A stretch of DNA of 64,000 nt, taken from NCBI RefSeq assembly GCF_009914755.1, contig NC_060927.1. The stretch is one strand, 5' to 3'. This DNA is from the human T2T-CHM13v2.0 reference genome, Homo sapiens. A program made the translations under genes and the position numbers. Positions within the stretch are counted from its first letter, which is position 1; each line of letters starts with the position of its first letter. The notes under the pieces were generated by a model. The model had not been told where the DNA came from, ran no database searches, and saw only the letters and a program-made list of their open reading frames with translations. Below, in pieces: positions 38,885 to 53,286 of this stretch.

Positions 38885-39488
38885 TAGCTGTGATACAGAC
38901 TAAAACTGCTGTCACTAATAAAGCTTAAAATGCAGTGGTTTAAACAAAACAGAGCTTATTTCTCTCTCATGTAACAGTCCAGAGTGGTAGGGTGGCTCTG
39001 CCAACCTCAATCTGGAGCTCCCATCTCTCAGTCCAAGAGAGCAGTTTTATTTCTCTCCATCTTTCAGATAGCAAATGGTAAGGAGAAAAGAAATCAGGGC
39101 ATTGCATATTTAATTGTTTTTTAAAAAAAGTCCTGAAAGTGACACATATTACTTTCTTTCACATTGCACTTGTCAGTAACATTAACCCATTCAGCTGGAA
39201 TCGAGTCTTAAGAAGGTCTTTAATTAGGTAGCCAGGGGTCAGGCATGGTGGCTTATATCTATAACCCCAGAGCTTTGGGAGACTGAGGCAAGAGGATCAC
39301 TTAAGTCCAGGAGTTCAAGGCTGCCATGAGCTATGAACACACCATGGCACTCCAGCCTTGGTGAGAGAGTGAGATCCTCTTCCTAAAAATCAAAAATAAA
39401 AATTAGGTAGCCATGTACTCAGATTAAACCACTGCTATGGAAGAAAGGGAAAGGGAGAGCAGGTATTGGGACAACTAAGTTTGCCACA
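38885..39488 (-). mobile_element. LTR33-like ERVL LTR interrupted by an Alu monomer (about 39236-39400, + strand)
   Basis: cagtggtttaaacaaaacagagcttatttctctctcatgtaacagtcc; monomer flanked by TSD aattaggtagcca. Confidence 0.55.
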
Positions 39489-40310
39489 AGGCCTTGCTGC
39501 AAAGCCCCTAGAAGATCTGGGCTGGGAAGTTGCTGAGAAATAGCAAAGGACTCTACTACAGTGCCCTGAAAGGCACCTTTGTAGTCTAAAAGAAGCACTC
39601 TAACTGAAAGGAAAGTAATAGGTTTATACCTGTGTCAGTATTCAGAGGAGGAGCACCCATATGGGGAAGTGAGAATATGTAATGCCAGGAGCAATTGTTT
39701 CTCCTGGTGATGCCCAAGAGAATGATTGTAACATTGTGACCCTAAAGCTTCCTTAGAAGGCTTAGCAGGGATATGCATATCTTCAAGAGAGGCTAAGAAA
39801 GCCCAAGCTTTGGCCAGAAAATAATGACAGGGCTGGCCAATAGACTTGGAAGCCGAGTAATGAGGAAAAAGGAGACTTTGGGACTGTTATTGTGGGTGGC
39901 TAATGGAAAGAAATGTGCAATGTAGCAAAGTCTTGCAAACATTGATCTCCACCCTTAGAATCTGAAGAATTAATAATGCTAGGAGCTTCTTTTTGGAGTC
40001 TCCTAGGAAGCAAGAAAGTAAAAGAAGCCATAATATCCAAGTTTTTGGGAGCAGGATGAAGAACTACCAGACTGGGCTGAAGAAAACTTGTACTTGGAGA
40101 CCATAGCAAATTGCCATAAGGGAGAAAGGGCATGTTAGTCCTCTAATTATTAACTTGAGGGAAAGTTGGAGTTGACTTTCCTAGAAATTCTACTTGGTGG
40201 AGGGGATGATGGCTTCCCTCCAGCAACTTTTAGATTGGAGTTGTAAAAACATTGGACGTTCAGTGATGGAAATTTGGGGATATAATCTGCATTTAAGACT
40301 AACTAGGGGA

Positions 40311-41402
<1,092 letters not shown>

Positions 41403-41519
41403 TTAACAGGTGCAGAAAGTGGTATGAGAAATTTTCTATTTGTTAGAAAATTATATGATTTTCTGGAAAAGGTTAAGTTGATTGTGGGGACATTGTTAGC
41501 TAATGTGACCATTTTCTTA

Positions 41520-41952
<433 letters not shown>

Positions 41953-44530
41953 TTAGTTAAACATATACTGTGATGCAAAAATTACAGAGGCTTCACTAAC
42001 CCCCAGAAGATAAAGTTTCATGGCTCCAGACATAAGACATGGTCCACAGAGTTGGTGGTGGTAGTTGGCAGGGCCGGGTATGAGTAATGCACATAGAACC
42101 CACAACTAATCCAGCAGATTCTCCTGGCTCAAGTTGTACATGAGTCACTCATCCTCAAAAGATAAAGAAAGGTTGGAGGTTGCCTTAAGGAGTTCACATT
42201 ACTTTAAGGATCTGAAAATCCTTGTTCTAACTAGATCTTACAAGTCATATTGGAATCAGCTTAGGTTGGTAGAGGTCATTGGATCTCCAGAACTTGTGAG
42301 GAGTGAATTCTGATATTGACACTAATGTTGACCTCTTGAGCCTGGCCCTTTTCTAAACTGAATGCTGGCATGGTTTTTTAAGGTTTCATGGTTTTAAGTC
42401 TCGTTGACTTAGCCGAAAAACATCACCCCTGGAAGTCTACCCACTCTGCAAAAGGTGCAGAGACAGAGTGATTCTCCATCCAGGTAGAAACTATTTAATA
42501 CATGCCCACTAGTTTCACTGCAAAGACAATAGTAGACTCAACCCACAACTCATAGAGGATTTATATTGCTCAACTGTTGACAGTGTAGTTTGTACTTTTT
42601 GTGGCAGCGGAGTCAGACCAAAGTGATAAGCAAGTGGCTATGCCTTTATGCTACTAAGACCAGCATTATGATAGTATTTGGACAAGAGACCAAGATTTTC
42701 TATATCCAGATCTTTACTTGCCATTCTCATCTAGAAAGTCTCCAAAAACTTTTCCACAGAGGAGACAAATCAAGGATAAGTAACATATTGTTATTGCTGG
42801 AGCTTTGAACACAAACTCCAAAGACAGATTTGGCTGGATATACATTGTCTTATAAATTTAAGAGAAGTCCTTCACTTCAACAAAGTATACTGAATGGCCT
42901 AAAACCAAAGAAGCTAAAAAGCTCACTCACTTCATTTTCACCTTCCAGCTGAAACCTGGGCTTGGATATTACAGCTTTGGCCTCACACACCATTGAGAAT
43001 TAGAGGAAATGCAATGTCATAAGACCTTTGCCTCGATGCCAAAGTAAAATGGATGAGGGTGTGGATATTTGAGTTGTATCTTATATCTTCAAAATCCTGG
43101 AACAATACCTGTCCAAGAGAAAACCTGAAGGCCTTTCCTAATCGCTTCCAAAATGTTCAACTCTTGGAAATGAAGCTGTGTGTGTCCTCTTATTTGCCAA
43201 TTTTTTCAGCCCATTTCCTATTTAAGGCTGCAGAGGAAAGCAGGCAATTAAGAAGACAGGCAGAGAAGGACTATCCATGTTTCCATCAACAAAGAAGCTT
43301 CTTAAATAGGCCAATAGTTACCTCATGCTTTCCAGAAATCTTCTGTTGTTCTTGGCGTAATGAAAATTTAAGAAATAGGCTCTATTTGTTGGATATCCTC
43401 TATTGGTAACTCTGCTATTGAAGTGTTTATGCTTCTGGGCTCATTATGACATAGATTCTGTGGATGAATATTGAGAAGGCTTGAATGAAAAATATTTAGG
43501 ACCCAACAACAGACACAGTGTGTGGCTCAGATCTTCACAGCAATTTCAGTGGCATAATAAGAAACAGAGTCCAGAGCTTTCACCATTAGGGTTAGTGCCC
43601 TGCCTAGATCAAGCTTTTCCCCTTTCTTTGAGGAAATGCTGCCTGTGGTGAGTTCTGCACATAAGCTTTAAATAGCTTCTTTTTTTTTTTAAACAGGATC
43701 CCTTGCTAATATTATTTAGATATTATTGTCCTGATATATATTTCAATCTTGTCTTTCTTATTTTGCAACATTAATTTTGTTTTAAATCCCATATCTCCTG
43801 AAGTGCACCTCTTTCTTGCCTGGGGATATGGTTTTCCATTTTGATTGAGGGATCGAACAATAAAGGTTCATCTCTGTACAAAGGACAATTTATTATTTAT
43901 GCAAGTCAGAGAAATGTGTAGCTTTTTGCAGTGTGTGGGAAATGGAAGAACTGAATATCCAACCCATCTGATTGATAGTTATATTAAAGGTTGTCGGTTA
44001 AATAAGTCTATTTGGATTGATATGATAAGAGCCTTATGTTTTTCTTAAAGTATTATTTTAGCAAATATTTGGTATTTTTATTTTATTGCTTATCCTGCTG
44101 TATTCTTCATCCTGCTGCTTATCCTTTTGCTGTACACCAAAGGATCACAAAAAATTGTTGTAAAATGTTAATTGTTTAATATGTTTTGAAAAATAATATT
44201 AAATAAAACTATGTTTTTGAACATTGTTTGCTTCCTACAACTAAATATTGACATTTAAGGTCCTAGGTTATTGCATTGATCTTTTTTCAGGGGCTCTGAA
44301 AAATCCCTTAAGGCAATATTATTTACCATAATTGGTTTCTTAGCATACTGGGAGATAATGCACAATGCAGCCTAATGCTCCAATTTGGAACTGGAATGAT
44401 CACACAGACCAATGCCAGGCTACAATTTCCTGTATGGCAGGGACTGGCAAATTTTTCCAGGTTGAGATACTTTTCTTCATTGTTTCCTTTTCTTTTGAAT
44501 ACCAATCCTTCATTGGCTATTAGAGGGCAA

Positions 44531-44791
<261 letters not shown>

Positions 44792-45407
44792 TGAAGATAA
44801 AATTTGATAATTCCTTTTCCTTTTTTTAAAATGTCATCAGGTTGCTTTTAACTTTTTTCTCATTTGGTTAGAAGTATTTTATAAGTGAAAAGGGTCAGTT
44901 TGAGCAATATCCGGAGCTAGTGACATTAATTCATTGTGTACATGAGCCACAGTGACTCAACTAGTCTTACTACCTTCTACTGACTAATAGCTAGATACTA
45001 AATGTAACTCTCTTATCAACATTTATATCATTTTAGAACTTGTGAGTCCCCAAACCACATTGAAATAATAATAAATTGCCTTTAAACCTTAAAATTATTT
45101 GTAATATCCTTCTTTTTGGAAACAAAATGAGCCAGAAGAGGTTACTTCTAAAAGGATTCTGTAATGAGTGGTGTTTGTTTGCCTCCAAATCTAAATCAAG
45201 CCCCCACTTGGTGGTCTGTCTCTGGTTAAGACACATGGACAGCTAGATCTGTGTGGCTGCTAAAGAGGCATGAAACCATTAGCAGGGAAAAACAAAAATG
45301 ATCTTCACTAGAAGGCACTCACAGAAAGATTCCTAGGTAAGCTCTGTGACAGATGACTTTCACTGAAGTGGATGGAAGAGTTCACAGATGCTTTTGAAAA
45401 CAAAGAT

Positions 45408-45719
45408 GTGAAGCTGGAAACCATCATTCTCAGCAAACTATCGCAGAGACAAAAAAACAAACACCGCATGTTCTCATTCATAGGTGGGAATTGAACAATG
45501 AGAACACTTGGACACAGGAAGGGGAACATCACGCACCAGGGCCTGTTGTGGGGTGGGGGGAGGGGGGAGGGGGAGGGGGGAGGGATAGCATTAGGAGATA
45601 TACCTAATGTAAATGACGAGTTAATGGGTGCAGCACACCAACATGGCACATGCATACATATATAACAAACCTGCACATTGTGCACATGTACCCTAGAACT
45701 TAAAGTATTAAAAAAAAAA
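45408..45719 (+). mobile_element. Young 5'-truncated L1PA 3' end (about 310 bp)
   Basis: gaagctggaaaccatcattctcagcaaactatcgca...G-rich tract...ccctagaacttaaagtat; perfect 12-bp TSD gaaaacaaagat at 45396-45407 and 45720-45731. Confidence 0.95.
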
Positions 45720-45731
45720 GAAAACAAAGAT

Positions 45732-47340
45732 AATAAAACTCTAAGAGATGTGACAAGACTACAAACAATGCTTTATGAAATTAAAATATTTTAAAAATTG
45801 TTGACAAGAAAAGCAAATAGTTACTTATTAAAAGTGAATTTGTGACTTGGAAGAGGCAGTGAAGGACATCTCTCTCAACAGAGTGAAAACACAGAGAGAA
45901 ATCATGAATGCAAAGCTCAGAAACGTGGAGTAAACAGCCAGAAAGTCAACACGTAACCAATGGGAAGGAGAAGGAAAACAAACCTATGAAGGAGAATTGA
46001 AAATTTTAAAATTAATAGATTTTTAAAATAAAGTCTATAAATTTAAAAGGCATTGAAGCCCAGGTAGGATTAATGAAAATAGATATAAACCTAGATATAC
46101 ATTGGTGGAATTATTGAATTACAAAGATAAAGAGAAAAATTTTCACATTTTCAGGCAGTATAGTTAAAAAACAAAACAATCCCCTCCACACACACAAACG
46201 AACACACCTCTAATTTATTTGTAAAGAAAAGTAAAACTAGCATGAAACTCCTTATCCCCAGCGCTGGATTCCAAAATATGGTAGAACAATATTTCTCTCC
46301 ATCATACTGAAAAACAAGGAATGTGACCCAGGCAAAATGGTGAAATATTTAGAAAACTATTGTATAATCTTGAGTTTGCAGGACCTTCTCTCAGAAATCA
46401 AACTCAGAAACCATAAGTGAAAAAAATGGATACATTTGACTCATAAAAATAAAAGTGTTTGGCTGGTATTAGATAGACAACATAAGCTAAATAAAAACCA
46501 AAGGATTAACTGGACATAATTATTTGCAGCCCAAATGACAGACAAAATGCTAATTCAATTTCATTCTATATATTGATAAGAAAAAGGCCTATAAGAAAGT
46601 AAAATGGAGCAATGATATTATTAAGTAATTATGAGAAGATAAAAATCTAAGTGGTCTGTAAACATGTACAAAAATGCTTTACCATATTAATAGGAAAATA
46701 AAATTAAAACAAGAAGATATAATTTTCTATTCATCAGAGTAGCAAAAACTACAGAATTGAAGATCTAGTCCTAGCAAGGATGTAAGGAAGCTGACATCCT
46801 CATGGATTGCTGTGGTATCTGACAATGTGAAGTATTATAACCTTGCTATAAAAAATAATCTATTAATTTCTGTTACAATTTAAAAACATATATCCATGAC
46901 CCAATGACTCTATTAGGGAGATTCATCCTGCAGAAAGAAAAGTAGAATGTAGCTTATATGTATGTTTAACTCTGGTGCTTTCTGTAGTGGCAAAAGTTTC
47001 TGCAGAAAAGTTGAATGATCATTAATAGAATAATGGTAGAATAAACTAACGTCTAGCTGTGTACCATTATGCAGTTTTTATCAGGACTGAGTTAACTCTT
47101 TTATCTATTGATCTAATGGAATGTCTATAAAATATATTAGTAAGGATTAATATTCAGTTGAAAGGTAATAGGTAGTGTTTGAGATCTCATTTTTATAAAA
47201 CAAGTAATGACAGTCACCACAAAACACTTTGTGTATGTGTGTGTATATATATATATATATGTAGTACTTCTGTTTGCAAATATTTATATGGACATAGGGA
47301 AAAATACGGAAAGAGACATAAACTAGTTAACTTAGGAGAG
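45732..47340 (+). mobile_element. Highly decayed L1M/L1ME remnants
   Basis: A-rich sequence with ORF1-like and 3'-region motifs (tggatacatttgactcataaaaataaaa; tattcatcagagtagcaaaa); boundaries approximate. Confidence 0.5.
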
Positions 47341-47496
47341 TACGGATGGAGGGAAGGGGAGGGAAATATACTCTCTTGGGGATAGGGTCTTATAGGTTTT
47401 CATATCTTCCTCAAGATTTTGAACAGCATCTCTTGAAAACAGTCTGAATGAAAATATCTCTTATACTTTTCTTTTTATTTGCCATGTTCCTTCTAG

Positions 47497-47731
47497 ACTT
47501 CAACAAAAAGTAAAATGGATTTTATCATACTTGAAAAATCAACAATTGCAGTCTGGATTCATACATCACTGTCTGATGCACCCAACTTGAGTCAAAAAGA
47601 TGTTTCAAATCCCACTAGGCTGGAGGCAAAAATACTCAAGAGTTTAAGAGCGTCTCTTGACAGTGTACAGAATAAGATAGCTTCTCAGCTTTCAGCTTTA
47701 CTTCACGGTTTTAACTATCAAAAGAAGCAAG
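47497..47731 (+). other. Candidate 235-bp exon with an uninterrupted reading frame
   Basis: Pyrimidine tract ending ttccttctAG at 47496; donor AAG|GTAAGA at 47731/47732; frame from the acceptor (TSTKSKMDFII...QKKQG) has no stop. Confidence 0.4.
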
Positions 47732-47889
47732 GTAAGAACATCTTTTAACCAAGTGAGTGTTGCTGGGGCCAATCTATGAATTAGTTATACTCACTGATTT
47801 TAAATAAACTTAATTTTTAATACTTAAAATGATTTCTGTGAAATGTTGGATATAATGTCAATTCTTAAAGGAAGCCTGATGTTTCATGT

Positions 47890-48110
47890 AGCATAGTGAT
47901 TCAGAGTGTGGGCTGTAAATCCAGGCTGTGTGCATGCAAAATCAGTCCACCAACTACCACCTCTGAAACCTTGAGCAAGTTAATTAATTGCTGTAGGCCT
48001 CAGTAACCTTTTCTGCAAGATGGGAATAATAGGAGTACCAGTATTGTAGGGTTGTTGGAAAGGTCTTAGAACAGTTTCTAGCACATAGGAATGCTAAGGA
48101 AATGATAGTT
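47890..48110 (+). mobile_element. MIR SINE
   Basis: accttgagcaagttaattaa...ggcctcagtaaccttttctgcaagatgggaataata MIR core. Confidence 0.7.
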
Positions 48111-48384
48111 ATTAATACTTATTGTATGCTTGATCATTAAGATTACAAACATACCTAGAGATTATGACTCACACATCAGAAACATGCACAGAGACCTGGA
48201 GACTGAAAACAATCTTTCATAGTCTTCTAGCAACAGAAATACCTTACATGCACAACTCAGGCATTCAATTTTTTGAAGTGTTTTATCTCTTTATAGCGTC
48301 TCATTTTTATTTTTTTCCCTCAAACCCAGTGGAAGTTTTTTGAACTTTTTAATGCTTGTGGTTATAGCTATTACAATGGGCTTC

Positions 48385-48820
48385 TGTATTAATTGTTGAC
48401 TGCTGTGTAACAAATTACTCTAAAATTTAGATTCTTAAAATAATAACAGACATACATTATCTCTGGCAACTTGTAGCTGAGTGATTCTGGCTCAGGGTCT
48501 CTCAAAAGACTGTAGTAAAGATGTCACCTGTTGTTGCAGCCATCTGAAGATTTGCCTGAGACTGAAGGATCCACTTCTGCGACGACTCCCTCAGGTAACC
48601 AAGTTGGTGCTGGCTGTTAGTGGGAGGCCTCAGTTTCCCACCATGTGAACCACTCCATAAGATGGGAATGCCACAGTAACTTTAATGACTTCACCTTGGA
48701 AGTCACATTCTATCATTTTTGCAATATTTTATTGGTTATTCAGTGTGGAAGGAGACTATACAAAAACATGAATATCAGGAGGCTAGAATCCTTGGGGCCA
48801 TCTTAGATGCTGACTACCAT
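48385..48820 (-). mobile_element. MLT1F/G-like LTR
   Basis: tgctgtgtaacaaattactctaaaatttag...ctggctcagggtctctca...ggggccatcttagatgctgactacca. Confidence 0.72.
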
Positions 48821-48839
48821 AGCATTTTTACCTATTTAT

Positions 48840-49700
48840 ATATTTCATTTGCTCAGTTAGTACATCTGTCAGTATCACTTATAGCCAATGCACTAGGCCA
48901 GGTGTTGTGGTGGGGCGTAAAGATGTGTAAGTTATAAGTCCTGCTCTTTAAAATGTAATACCTGGTGAAAGGAATGAAACACCCACTCCCATAGCTGCAG
49001 TACAAGGCAATATAGGATAAATATCAAGGATATAGTGATGTCAGTAAGCTCCTCAGGTCTTCAGAGGAAGAGGAGCAATTTCTTCTTGGGGTTTCAGAAC
49101 AAATGGAATGTGATCTGGGTCTCTAAGAATAAAATAGGATCACTGTGGGCAAAGACAAGTGAAAACATATCTCACATTGAGGAAACATGTGAACAGGATC
49201 ATGAAGTTGAGAAAGCAAGCTGAGTTCAGGGGCCAGCAACCAGGATACTTTAGAATAGCACATGTAGAAAGTGGAAGGATAAAGGGAGGGAAATGTAGGC
49301 AGAGACCAGTTCATGCAAGTCCTTAGAAGCTATGTTAAAATTTTTGAGCCTACTCAGCAAATAATGGGAGCAGATAAAATTTTTGAGCTGGTAAGTAATG
49401 TGATAAAAAGGAGCTTTTAGTTTACTCTTCAAGAGGAAACAGAAAGTGAGAAATCAGAGACAGAGAAACAGGGTAGGAAGAACTTACAATAAGGAGAGAA
49501 GGTAATACAATAAATATTATAAGTAGAATTAGAAAGGAATAATCTTGAAGGAGGAATCTGAAGAAGTTAGCAATTCATTGGATATCACATTTGAGGAAGC
49601 TGTCCCAGTAACTTGAGATTTGCTACCTGTTTTGGAGGAGAAGTTGGTTTAAAGAGGAAGATGGTTTAAAGAATGTATTTTAGGACATACCAGTTGAAAA
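48840..49700 (-). mobile_element. L2 fragment
   Basis: Purine-rich antisense L2 motifs (gtaggcagagaccagttcatgcaagtcctt...taatgggagc). Confidence 0.5.
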
Positions 49701-50689
49701 GAACTTGAGGATTCCTTGTATGCTCTCTTTTCCTTTTCCCGCACTGAGGCTTAATCTCCCTGGGTAGTTCCTTCCTGAGATGAATCCTGGAGACCTGGGG
49801 AGTTGGGGAATCCTGGCGCTGAGGTGAGGAAAGAGGGCAGTGTGGGGAAGAACAGGGCTAGAACCTCAGGAAATTGAATTGAGTTAGTTGGCTCCAAAGT
49901 CTGTTGAGCTCAATTGGTAATCATGATGGTGGACAAAGGATGGGATTGTGAGAAAATGATGAACTGAAAAATAATGTAGTGGCTGAGGTCACAGATTTTG
50001 AAATCATATGGGCATGATTAAAAATCCAGGTCTCCATTTCTAGCTGACCTTAGCGAAATGCTTAATTTGCAGGAAGCTCAGTTGCCTAACCTGTAATAAA
50101 TAAGATTCATAAAAGGGTCTTGTGAGGTTTCGATGAAATGTTTGGCATATCAAGCTCTCAGCATGGTGGCTGGCACATAGAAAACACTCTGTAATGAACA
50201 GTAGATTTACTGAGATGGTGGGCTTTATGCTACTACAAAAGGAGATTGATAGTATCCCAGGATCTTTTAGGCCAGATAAGTAGAATTACTGATCTCTTTT
50301 GGATTCTGATTAATCCCTTACTGCGTACACCTGGGGGAGAGGTGAGTATTCACATGTGCTTGTATTCTAAGGAGATGTCAGGTAAAAGGGGTTGAAAAAA
50401 ACCATTGGCGAATGTGCTAATTAATAAACATACCTTAATGTTCATTCTTATTCCCCATGAATTGTTATCAACAGTTTTACACATAGTATTCCTTTCACTC
50501 TAAATTAACAAATGAATCCACACATTATCTACTTGTGGGTTTCTTCCCAATAGTAAAGCATATTGAGATAAATTTTATGCTCGTAAAATCACATGTAAAA
50601 GTCATAAATGTGATTTCTGAATTATTACACTTTCTGTCAGTTAATTAAGGTTAAAAAGGAAAGTTAGTATCCTTTGGGATGATTCACCA

Positions 50690-50828
50690 AATAGGATAAG
50701 TTTTCCAGGAATCTTTGAGTTGCAAGTGACAATAAATTCAATTCCAGTCGGGTTAAGAAAAACGGGGAATTTACTGGCTCAACTAACTGGGAATTCCAAG
50801 GGAAATGACTTCAGGAAAAGCTGGATCT
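50690..50828 (-). mobile_element. MLT1J-like LTR, left part (continues at about 57646-58050 after the L1)
   Basis: gttgcaagtgacaa...gggaatttactggctca...tgacttcagg; the right part contains atggttgccagcagcttcagg. Confidence 0.55.
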
Positions 50829-52171
50829 GGAGGAGTGGGGCCAAGATGGCCAACTAGAAACAGCGGTGGTCAGTGGAGCCCATCGAAAAGAACCATAATT
50901 AGCATCTGAATCCTTCACCTGCAACAAGGTATCCAGGTTCTCTCATCAGAACTGACTAGGCGGGTGACGTGATCCATGGAGAGAAAGGAAGAGCAATATG
51001 GTGTGGCGGCTCTCCTGAGAGCCACACGGGGCAGAGGAGTCCCCACCCCCCAGCCAAGGTAGGCGTGCTACCCAGCTGGGGAAACCGTGCTTTTTCCACG
51101 GAAGGGTGCAATCCACAGAGCGAAAGATCCCACTCGCGAACCCATGCCACCGGGGCCTGGGGTCCCAACCCCAGAGCCGTGCAGATTCTCAACAGCCTCT
51201 CAGCTAGAATCTGCCTAAGTCGGCGGAGCTCCCAGGGGGAGGGTCGACCAACACCACAGCTGCAGCTGACTGCTGTCTAAGCTCTTTCAGCTCCTTGTGG
51301 GAGGGGCCGCAGCCAGCACTGGGACTCATAACTGCCTAACACGCAGGGGGATTTGAGGCAGGGAGGGGCGGCATCCATCTCTATAGCTCCAGGCTGCGCT
51401 TTTCCCCTGCTGGAGCCAGGGAGGCTGGACGGCTTGGTCCCCAGGAGGTGTCCCCCACAGCCCAACACACTGGCTGTGGCAGACTGAGGCAGAGCGGCAG
51501 AGTGCCTCTTCAGGCGTGACCCTGACACATCCTTCCTCACTGGGCGGGGCTTCCCTGCAGGAACTCCAGCAACTCCAGCCAGAGGCTCAGGGACAGGACA
51601 CAGATCTCCCCGGGCCAGAGCCCCTAGGGGGAGGAGTAGCCATAGTATCTGCAGACAAGCAGACTCAGCCTTTCCTCTTGGCAGTTCTGAGGAATCAGGG
51701 CGGACCAGATGAGTGGGTTTCGCCGCAGTGAAGCACACCCCCTCCACCAAGGGACAGTCAAAGTACTTCCTTAAACAGGTCCTGTTCCCCGTGCCACCCA
51801 ACTGGGTGAGACTCTCCCACAGGGGTTGTCAGACACCCTATACAGGAGCGATTATACTGGCATCAGGTTGGTGCCCCTCCAGGTCAGAGATCCGAGAAGA
51901 AGGAGCACGCCACCCATCTTTGCCGTTCTCCAGCCTCCTTGACTGACATCTCCAGGCGCAGGAGCGAACCAGATGAATAAGGCCTGAAGTGAACCCCCAG
52001 CAAACCTCAACAGCCCTGCAGAAGAGGGATCTGACCATTGAAAGAAAAACAAGAAAACAAACAAACAGAAAGCAACAACAACAACAGTATCAACAACAAC
52101 AAAAAATCCCCCCAAAAACTCCACCCAAGGGTCAGCAGCCTCAAAGATCGAAACTAGACAAACTCACAAAG
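50829..52171 (+). promoter_or_regulatory. L1 5' UTR internal promoter region
   Basis: YY1 motif caagatggcc near 50842; the most GC/CpG-rich non-Alu stretch of the window. Confidence 0.6.
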
Positions 52172-53225
52172 ATGAGAAAGAATCAACGAAAAAATGCGGA
52201 AAACCCAAAAGGCCAGAATGCCTCTTCTCCTCCAAATGATTGCAAGGCCTCTCCAGCAAGGGTGCAGAACTGGACGGAGGATGAGATGGACGAACTGACA
52301 GAAGTAGTCTTCGGAAAATGGGTAATAAAAAACTCTGCTGCGCTAAAGGAGCATGTTCTAACCCAATGCGAAGAAGCTAAGAACCTTGATAAAAGGTTAG
52401 AGAAGCTGCTAACTGGAATAACCAGCTTAGAGAGGAACATAAATAAACTGATGGAGCTGAAAAACACAATACAAAAACTTTGTGAAGCATACACAAGTAT
52501 CAACAGCCAAGTAGACCAAGCAGGAGAAAGGATATCAGAGTTTGAAGACCACCTTGCTGAAGTAAGGCATGCAGACAAGATTAGAGACAAAGGAATGAAA
52601 AGGAACGAACAAAGCCTCCAAGAAATATGGGAGGCTTCATAAAAAGACTGAACCTATGATTGACTGGAGTAACTGAGGGAGACAGGGAGAATAGAAACAA
52701 GCTGAAAACCACACTTCAGGATATTATCCAAGAGAACTTCCCCAACCTATCAAGACAGGCCAACGTGCAAATTCAGGAAATACAGAGAACACCAATACAG
52801 AGAACACCACTAAGATACTCCGCAAGAAGATCGACCCCAAGACACGTAATCATCAGATTCTCCAAGGTCCAAATGAAGGAAAAAATGTTAAGGGCAGCCA
52901 GAGAGAAATGCCAGGTCACCTACAAAGGGAAGCCCATCAGACTAACAGAGGACCTCTCAGCAGAAAATCTACAAGCCAGAAGAGATTGGGGGCCAATATT
53001 CAGCATTCTTAAAGAAAAGAATTTTCAACTCAGGATTTCATATCCAGCTAAACTAAGCTTCATTAGCAAAGGAGAAATAAAATTATTTCCAGACAAGCAA
53101 ATGCTGAGGGATTTTGTTATCACCAGGCCTGCCTTGTAAGAGCTCCTGAAAGAAGCACTAAATATAGAAAAACAAAACAAAAATACCGGTACCAGCCATT
53201 GCGAAAATGCAACAAAATATAAAGA
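52172..53225 (+). pseudogene. L1 ORF1p fossil
   Basis: MRKNQRKNAENPK..., QENFPNLSRQANVQIQEIQRTP, RISYPAKLSF; stops and frameshifts near 52642 and 53139; in-frame 15-bp duplication at 52779-52808. Confidence 0.9.
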
Positions 53226-53286
53226 CCAAATGACACTATGAAGAAACTGCATCAACTAGTATGCAAAATAACCAGCTACCATCATG

